DNA of 64,000 nucleotides from Caulobacteraceae bacterium UBA5005 (GTDB lineage Bacteria; Pseudomonadota; Alphaproteobacteria; Caulobacterales; Caulobacteraceae): NCBI GenBank assembly GCA_002398405.1, contig DGYN01000062.1, positions 6,746 to 70,745 of the forward strand, read 5' to 3'. Shown piece by piece: positions 58,161 to 64,000 of this stretch (position 1 is its first letter; each line of letters starts with the position of its first letter). The notes under the pieces were generated by a model. It saw only the letters and a program-made list of their open reading frames with translations, ran no database searches and was not told where the DNA came from. The position numbers and the translations under genes were made by a program.

Positions 58161-58937
58161 ATGGACCTTCCTCTCGCGAGTTACGGCGTTGCGGTCGCCG
58201 GCGGGGCGCTGATCGGCCTGTTGCTCGCGGTGTTCGGCGGGGGCGGGTCGGTGCTCGCCACGCCGCTCCTGATCTATCTGGTCGGTCTGCGAGATCCGCA
58301 TGTCGCCATCGGGACAGCGGCCGCCGCTGTGTCGGTGAACGCGCTCTTCGGGCTCGCGACCCAGGCCAGGGCCGGGACAGTGAAATGGCCCTGCGCCCTG
58401 GTGTTTGGAGGCGCGGGCCTGGCGGGATCGTTGATCGGGGCCGAACTCGCAAAGCGGATGGACGGGCAGATCTTGCTCATCTGGTTCGGCGTCGCCATGG
58501 CGGCGGTCGCCGTATCGATGCTTTTTCCCCAGAAGGGCCAGGGCGACCCGGGCGTGCGGCTTAGCCGCGCCCTGACGCTAAAGCTCGCTCCGGTCGGACT
58601 GGTGGTAGGCCTTGCCGCCGGCTTCTTCGGGATCGGGGGCGGCTTTTTGATCGTGCCCGGCTTGATGGCCGCCACCGGCATGACCTTGGGCCACGCGGCG
58701 GCCTCATCGCTGGTTTCGGTCGCCCTTTTCGGCGCCGCGACAAGCACAAGCTACGCCGCCTCAGGCCTGATCGATTGGCGCGTGTTCGCCGCCCTTGTCG
58801 CGGGCGGCGCCCTGGGCGCTCTGGCGGCGCCGCCCGTGGTTCGGGCTCTCTCCCAAAAGGCCGCGCTTGGCCGCCGGCTTTTCGCGACCATGGTGCTGGC
58901 GACGGCGGCCTATGTTGTTTGGCGGTCGCTCTCCTGA
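58161..58937 (+). CDS. TauE/SafE-family sulfite/anion exporter
   Basis: 258 aa polytopic protein with duplicated G-rich helices (GGGGSVLATPLL, GIGGGFLIVPGL). Confidence 0.75.
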   Translation: MDLPLASYGVAVAGGALIGLLLAVFGGGGSVLATPLLIYLVGLRDPHVAIGTAAAAVSVNALFGLATQARAGTVKWPCALVFGGAGLAGSLIGAELAKRMDGQILLIWFGVAMAAVAVSMLFPQKGQGDPGVRLSRALTLKLAPVGLVVGLAAGFFGIGGGFLIVPGLMAATGMTLGHAAASSLVSVALFGAATSTSYAASGLIDWRVFAALVAGGALGALAAPPVVRALSQKAALGRRLFATMVLATAAYVVWRSLS

Positions 58938-58989
58938 GAGGCGGATATCGGCGATTGGGCGTGAAGCGGGACTGTTGTACTTACGGTCG

Positions 58990-60489
58990 ATGATGGGCTC
59001 GTTTGACAGGGCGTCCGGTTTTCCCGGAAGGCTGAAGCCGGGGCCGTATCTCGGGTCGCTTGGTCTGGTCGCGGCGGCGGTGCTCATTGCCCAGGCCGCG
59101 CAGAACCAGTTCTCCAACGCCACCATAGCCATGCTGCTCCTGCTCGCGGTCCTGCTGAGCGCCTCGGTTTTTGGCGCCCTCCCCGGCATGCTCGGGGCCG
59201 GCGTGGCGGGGCTGGCCTATAACTTTTTCTTTCTCGCCCCCACGGGGACCTTTGCGATCCGGCACGGCGAAGATGTTTTGGCGTTCGCCGTCTTTTTCGC
59301 CGTTGCCCTGATCACCGGCTGGCTTGTCGGGCGGGTCCGGCAGACGGCGCGGCAGACGCTGGAGCGCTCGCAAGCGATCACCAAACTGCTGAGCGCCAGC
59401 CGCGACCTTGGGGCGGCGGCCACGGTTGAAGACGCCGCGTCGACCACCGCCCTGCATCTGTCCGCGGCGACAGACGGGCCAACGATTGTGTTGCTTCCTG
59501 GCGATGGCGGCCTGACGCTCGCCGCCGGCCCAGCCGACCTGACGAGCCTATCGCCGTCCGCCGCCGCCGCGGCCGAGCGCGCCTGGACCAAGGGTGAGCT
59601 GGTCACCGGCGAGGATTGGCAGTTTTCGCCGCTCGAAGGCCTCGGCGGCCGGGTCGGGGTGGTGGGTCAACGAAGCGGCGCGCGTTTGAACCTGGAGCCC
59701 ATCGGCCAGGCTTTGATCCAGCAGGGCGCCCTGGCCATCGAACGGGCCACGCTTTCCATGGCGGCATCGGAAAACCTGGCCTTGCGCCGCGCGCGCGACC
59801 TGCAGGTCGCCCTGCTCAACTCCGTCAGCCACGACTTTCGAACGCCGCTGGCGACCGTGCTTGGATCATCGACGACTCTGCTGAAGTATGACGCCAGCCT
59901 GAAGCCCTCGGTGCGGCGCGACCTCCTGGAAAGCATCGCCGAGGAAGCCAAGCGCTTGAACCGTTACGTTGGGGACCTGCTGGACATGGGCCGGGTCGAG
60001 GGCCGGGCGCTAACCCCCAAGCGGGAGGCCACGGATGCGCGGGTGGTGTGTGAGGCCGCCCTGTCCCGGCTGGACACGCGGGGCCGACAGATCGTGCGGC
60101 GGTACGCCGACCGGCTTTCGCTGGTTCAGGTCGATCCCATCCTGGTGGAACAGGCCGTGCTCAACGTTCTTGAGAACGCCCTGGCGCACAGTCCAGATGG
60201 GGCGCCGCTGAGCATCGCTGTCGAGGAGGACGCCAACGGCGTCCTGATCGCCGTGGATGACCAGGGCTGCGGCATTCCGCCGGGAGATCTTGGCCGGGTC
60301 TTCGAGCCCTTTCATCGCGTAGAGGGAACCGGGCGCAACAGCTCTGGTCTGGGCCTCTCCATCGCAAGGGGGTTCATCGAGGCTGTCGGGGGACGCATCG
60401 CGGCGGTGAGCCCCCTTACCGCCGTTGGCGGCTCCCGCTTCCTGATGTCCTTCCCGAAACAGCGTTCAACCCCGGCGGAGTTCCTATGA
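58990..60489 (+). CDS. KdpD-like sensor histidine kinase lacking the N-terminal KdpD/Usp domains
   Basis: 499 aa from ATG 58990. It starts directly with a DUF4118-type 4-helix membrane region (...AMLLLLAVLLSA..GLAYNFFFLAPTGTFAI...). It then has a GAF-like linker, H-box NSVSHDFRTPLA, and HATPase_c. Confidence 0.75.
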   Translation: MMGSFDRASGFPGRLKPGPYLGSLGLVAAAVLIAQAAQNQFSNATIAMLLLLAVLLSASVFGALPGMLGAGVAGLAYNFFFLAPTGTFAIRHGEDVLAFAVFFAVALITGWLVGRVRQTARQTLERSQAITKLLSASRDLGAAATVEDAASTTALHLSAATDGPTIVLLPGDGGLTLAAGPADLTSLSPSAAAAAERAWTKGELVTGEDWQFSPLEGLGGRVGVVGQRSGARLNLEPIGQALIQQGALAIERATLSMAASENLALRRARDLQVALLNSVSHDFRTPLATVLGSSTTLLKYDASLKPSVRRDLLESIAEEAKRLNRYVGDLLDMGRVEGRALTPKREATDARVVCEAALSRLDTRGRQIVRRYADRLSLVQVDPILVEQAVLNVLENALAHSPDGAPLSIAVEEDANGVLIAVDDQGCGIPPGDLGRVFEPFHRVEGTGRNSSGLGLSIARGFIEAVGGRIAAVSPLTAVGGSRFLMSFPKQRSTPAEFL

Positions 60490-61178
60490 GCCTTCGCCGC
60501 CGTATCCTGGTCGTGGACGACGAGCCGCAGATCCACCGGTTCCTGACCGCCGCCCTGGATGCGGCGGGCTATGACCCGATCCGGGCCGACACGGGGGCCG
60601 CGGCCCTGCGGGAAATCGCCGCCCGGGCGCCGGACGCGGTGATCCTCGACCTGGGTCTGCCGGACCTTGACGGCAGGGAGGTCCTGACCAAGGCGCGCGC
60701 CTTCTACGCGGGACCGGTCATCGTCCTTTCGGCGCGCCACCAGGAGAGCGAGAAGATCGACGTTCTGGACCTGGGCGCCGACGACTATCTGGAGAAGCCG
60801 TTCGGCGTGGGCGAGTTCCTCGCCAGGCTGAGGGTGGCGCTCAGGCGCGGCGGAAACGCCGAACTGCCGGATGGGCTTGTTATCGCGGGCGAGCTGGAGA
60901 TCGATCTGCCGCTTCGGACCGTCCGCCGCGGCGGTGTGATCGTCCGGTTATCGCCCAAGGAGTTCGAACTGCTCGCACGACTGGTCGCCGGCCGCGGAAA
61001 GGTGATCACTCAGCCCCAGCTGCTGACAGCGGTGTGGGGTCCGGCGCACAAGAACGACACCCAGTACCTGCGGGTCTTTGTCGGTCAGCTTCGCCGCAAG
61101 CTAGAGGCCGTGCCCGCCCAGCCGCGTCATCTGGTGACAGAGCCGGGGGTCGGGTACCGGTTCATCGCCGAGCCTTAG
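60486..61178 (+). CDS. kdpE: KdpE-like OmpR-family response regulator
   Basis: 230 aa. Sequence ILVVDDEPQI..., DLGLPDLDG, and KdpE-type output helix LSPKEFELL..L....GKVITQPQLL..VWGP....DTQYLRVFVGQLRRKLE. It overlaps the kinase stop by 4 nt. Confidence 0.8.
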   Translation: MSLRRRILVVDDEPQIHRFLTAALDAAGYDPIRADTGAAALREIAARAPDAVILDLGLPDLDGREVLTKARAFYAGPVIVLSARHQESEKIDVLDLGADDYLEKPFGVGEFLARLRVALRRGGNAELPDGLVIAGELEIDLPLRTVRRGGVIVRLSPKEFELLARLVAGRGKVITQPQLLTAVWGPAHKNDTQYLRVFVGQLRRKLEAVPAQPRHLVTEPGVGYRFIAEP

Positions 61179-61213
61179 AGCAGTCTCCGGTCTGATCGGA
61201 TCGGAGACTGCTC
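61178..61213. terminator. Perfect 12-bp-stem hairpin between convergent kdpE-like and kup
   Basis: GAGCAGTCTCCG-(12-nt loop)-CGGAGACTGCTC begins within the kdpE stop codon. No U-tract follows on either strand. Confidence 0.45.
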
Positions 61214-61275
61214 CAGATCCTTGCGTGGTCGCGTTTCCTGGCGGCGAACCGGCATCCACTTCGCCGGAAAACGCT

Positions 61276-63168
61276 CTAGACGCTTACCTGCGCTCCCATC
61301 TCAACCACCCGGCCGGGCGGGATCTGGAAGAAGTCTGTCGGGTTGGCGGCGTTCTTCATCAGATAGATGAAGAGCTTGTCCTGCCAGGGGGGCATGCCGT
61401 CCTTTTCCCGCGGCGTAACGGTGCGGCGGCCGAGGAAGAACGAGGTCGACATGACGTCAAACCTGAGGCCCTGTTTGCGTCCGTGGCCAAGCGCCTTCGG
61501 GACGTCCGGCGTCTCCATGAAGCCGTAGCACAGGGTGATCCGCGAGAACTCCGGAGAGATCGCCTCGATCCGCAGACGCTCGTCCTCCGCCACGCGAGGC
61601 CGGTCGGCCGTCTCCACGGTGAGGATGATGTTCCGCTCGTGAAGCACCCGGTTGTGCTTGAGGTTGTGCATCAGGGCGACCGGGGCGACATCGCCTTGCG
61701 AGGAAAGGAACACCGCCGTGCCCGGAACGCGGTGAACGGGCCGGTTCCGCAGGCTGGCCACCAGGTCCGCGAGCGGTATCGAGTCACGGTGCGATTTTGT
61801 GGCCAGGATCTGTGACCCCCGCACCCAGGTGAACATGCCCAGCATGATGACCCCGCCGACCACGATCGGGAACCAGCCGCCGTCGAGAACCCGCATCAGG
61901 TTCGAACCCAGGAAGACAAGGTCGATGAACAGCAACGGCGCGGTCACCGCCAGGCTGGCGACCAGCGGCCACTTCCAGAGCCGGCGTTCGATGACGATCA
62001 TCAGCAGCACTGTCACCACCATGGTCGCCGTGACGGCGATGCCGTAGGCGGACGCCAGGTTCGAGGACGTGCGGAAGGTGAACAGCAGAAGAAGGACGCC
62101 GATCATCAAGGCGTAATTGATGCTGGGAACGTAGATCTGGCCGGCGACCGTTTCGCTGGTTCGCTTGATTTCGACCCTCGGCAGGAGGCCCAGCTGGACC
62201 GCCTGTTGGGTCACCGAGAAGGCGCCGGTGATGACCGCCTGGCTGGCGATCACGGTCGCCGCCGTGGCGAGCAGCATGACCGGCCAATAGACCGCTTGCG
62301 GGATCATCTTGAAGAAGGGGCTCGCGGCCGCGGCGGGGGCCATCAGGACCAGGGCCCCCTGGCCGAGGTAGTTGAGCATCAGACAAGGGAAGGCGACGGC
62401 GAGCCAGCCCGCCCGGATCGGGGCCTTGCCGAAGTGGCCCATGTCGGCGAACAGGGCCTCGGCGCCGGTGACGACCAGGAAGACACTGCCAAGGATGGCG
62501 AACCCCAGCAGGCCGTTGGCAGTCAGGAGCCGCACCGCGTAGGTGGGGCTGAGCGACTTGAGGATCGCGGGCTCCTGGACGATGTAAATCAGGCCCAAGA
62601 CCGCAAGGGTGATGAACCAGGCAAGGGTGATGGGCCCAAAGTAGCGGCCCATGGCCGCCGTGCCGCGCGACTGCACCAGAAACAGTCCGATCAATATGAC
62701 GGCGGCGGCGGGCAGTACGTAGGGTTCGAGAAGGTGGCCCACCCCCGGCGCCAGGGCGAGACCTTCCGCCGCTGACAGCACCGATACGGCCGGCGTGAGC
62801 AGACCATCCCCATAGAAAAGCGCCGCCCCGCAGATTCCGAGAAACAGCAGGACCGGGGAGGCCCGTCCAACCGCCCGCTGAGCCAGGGCCATGAGCGCCA
62901 GGGTTCCCCCCTCGCCCTTGTTGTCGGCGCGCATGACGACGACCAGGTATTTCAGGGTGACGATCAGAAGCAGGGCCCAGAACACCAGGGACACCACGCC
63001 CATGACCGCCAGATCTCGCGCGCCGCGGCTGGCGTGGGCGAGGGCTTCCTTCAGGGCGTAAAGCGGGCTGGTGCCGATATCGCCAAAGACCACGCCGATG
63101 GACCCGAGCGTCAGCGCCCAGAAGCCATAGCCTTTGCGGACCTGTCCGTCTTGCTGGCTGACCGCCAT
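61276..63168 (-). CDS. kup: KUP/HAK/KT potassium transporter
   Basis: 630 aa from ATG 63168 (MAVSQQDGQVRKGYGFWALTLGSIGVVFGDIGTSPLYALKEAL). The track ORF is extended by 42 codons. Confidence 0.9.
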   Translation of the reverse strand: MAVSQQDGQVRKGYGFWALTLGSIGVVFGDIGTSPLYALKEALAHASRGARDLAVMGVVSLVFWALLLIVTLKYLVVVMRADNKGEGGTLALMALAQRAVGRASPVLLFLGICGAALFYGDGLLTPAVSVLSAAEGLALAPGVGHLLEPYVLPAAAVILIGLFLVQSRGTAAMGRYFGPITLAWFITLAVLGLIYIVQEPAILKSLSPTYAVRLLTANGLLGFAILGSVFLVVTGAEALFADMGHFGKAPIRAGWLAVAFPCLMLNYLGQGALVLMAPAAAASPFFKMIPQAVYWPVMLLATAATVIASQAVITGAFSVTQQAVQLGLLPRVEIKRTSETVAGQIYVPSINYALMIGVLLLLFTFRTSSNLASAYGIAVTATMVVTVLLMIVIERRLWKWPLVASLAVTAPLLFIDLVFLGSNLMRVLDGGWFPIVVGGVIMLGMFTWVRGSQILATKSHRDSIPLADLVASLRNRPVHRVPGTAVFLSSQGDVAPVALMHNLKHNRVLHERNIILTVETADRPRVAEDERLRIEAISPEFSRITLCYGFMETPDVPKALGHGRKQGLRFDVMSTSFFLGRRTVTPREKDGMPPWQDKLFIYLMKNAANPTDFFQIPPGRVVEMGAQVSV

Positions 63169-63361
63169 ATCCAAACCCCATTGCACCGGATTCCTGCATC
63201 GGGGGTAGGACGGATGAGCGTAAGGGATCGAGGCGAGGTTGGGGGGTGGCGTGTAAGGGCCGTATAAAGATCGCGTCGCTTCGCCCAACCCCAAACGCGA
63301 AAAGTATTCATCTGTCCGCGTTCTCTGACATGATGGCCAAAAGGGGGAGCGCTTAGGTCAC

Positions 63362-64000
63362 ATGCGCAGGGGATTCCTATCGCTGATCGCCACCTGGATG
63401 ATTCCCATCCTGGCGTTCGCGACCATTGGGCTGGGCTACACCGGCTGGTCCGACGCGGGCTATCCAGGTCACGAGGCCGCCTATCGCGCTGTCCTGTTAT
63501 TCGACTTTGGCGCCGCCCCTTACGAGACCGCGCCCGGCAACACCGACTGGCGCTTCCTGGTGGGACGCTGGACGGGCCTGACCGCCATCTTCGGCGCCGC
63601 TCTGCTGGCCCTGGGCGTGCTTCTGCAGGAGCGCCTGGCCCTTGCGCTGGCCCGCCGCACCCGCCAGCAGGTGGTGGTGGTCGGATCCGAAGCCATCGCC
63701 ACCAAGGCCTATGAGGCGGCGCGCGCGGCCCACAAGAGCGTCCTGTGGCTCGGGGCCTCTAGCCTGGGGGCCGAGAGCTTCCGCTCCATCGCCATTTCCT
63801 GGCCGCCGGAAGACCAGGCCCGCACCGTCCAGGACCACTGCAAGGGGGCCGAGCACATCCTGATCGCCGAGGCCGACGACGCCAACGCCCTGGTCCTGGC
63901 CCGCGCCGCGCGCACCACCGCGCCCGACGCCCTGATCACCGTGCTGATGCACGACATCCACCTGGCCGAGGCCGCCGCCGCGGCCCTGAACGAGCCCAAG
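63362..64000 (+). CDS. Membrane protein with a putative TrkA-N/RCK-like NAD-binding domain (partial; continues past the right edge)
   Basis: My own translation reads MRRGFLSLIATWMIPILAFATIGLGY...WRFLVGRWTGLTAIFGAALLALGVLL...QQVVVVGSEAIATKAYEAARAAHKSVLWLG...HILIAEADDANALVLARAAR... The frame is open for 213 codons with no stop, so it is absent from the track. The start is uncertain because RBS spacing is long. Confidence 0.5.
   Translation, partial: MRRGFLSLIATWMIPILAFATIGLGYTGWSDAGYPGHEAAYRAVLLFDFGAAPYETAPGNTDWRFLVGRWTGLTAIFGAALLALGVLLQERLALALARRTRQQVVVVGSEAIATKAYEAARAAHKSVLWLGASSLGAESFRSIAISWPPEDQARTVQDHCKGAEHILIAEADDANALVLARAARTTAPDALITVLMHDIHLAEAAAAALNEPK

Overview
This is a high-GC alphaproteobacterial chromosomal segment with Caulobacterales hallmarks. 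These include gcrA with a DnaA-box-like site upstream, phoR plus pstCAB-phoU-phoB behind phased Pho boxes, imuA-imuB-dnaE2 behind a GTTC-N7-GTTC SOS box, and three TonB-dependent receptors. I call about 56 protein-coding genes, two of which run off the window edges and are therefore absent from the ORF track: a flagellin at the left edge and a TrkA-N-like membrane protein at the right edge. I recognise no rRNA, tRNA, CRISPR array, transposase or integrase.

Gene content in order:
- flagellin and a ygiC/ygiB-like pair
- metZ-apaG
- a four-gene operon of unclassifiable secreted paralogs
- hslO-argF-argD
- sulfate ABC transporter (sbp-cysTWA), then a translationally coupled Rrf2 regulator and SET-domain protein
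- an ATPase-less ABC-2 permease with a lipoprotein
- gcrA and a small secreted beta-trefoil/Gly-repeat protein
- the Pho/Pst locus, interrupted by a TonB receptor and a porin
- a diverged Sbp paralog coupled to a SemiSWEET
- a fatty-acid/ester catabolic neighbourhood (fadB/fadA-like, serine hydrolase, 1314-aa TonB receptor, acyl-CoA ligase, a signal-less TonB receptor)
- a DUF1552/DUF1592-type pair and lemA-TPM-TPM
- the SOS mutagenesis cassette
- a Kv-type K+ channel
- a BigR/SqrR-type sulfide-detoxification divergon
- an N-terminally truncated KdpD/KdpE pair next to kup

The best candidates for undescribed biology are:
1. The modular secreted paralog operon at 4169-7587.
2. The trefoil-(LVAAGGGN)n protein at 18218-18901.
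3. The Sbp-like lipoprotein plus SemiSWEET pair at 29206-30419.

All functional calls rest on motif recognition by eye. No database search was run.
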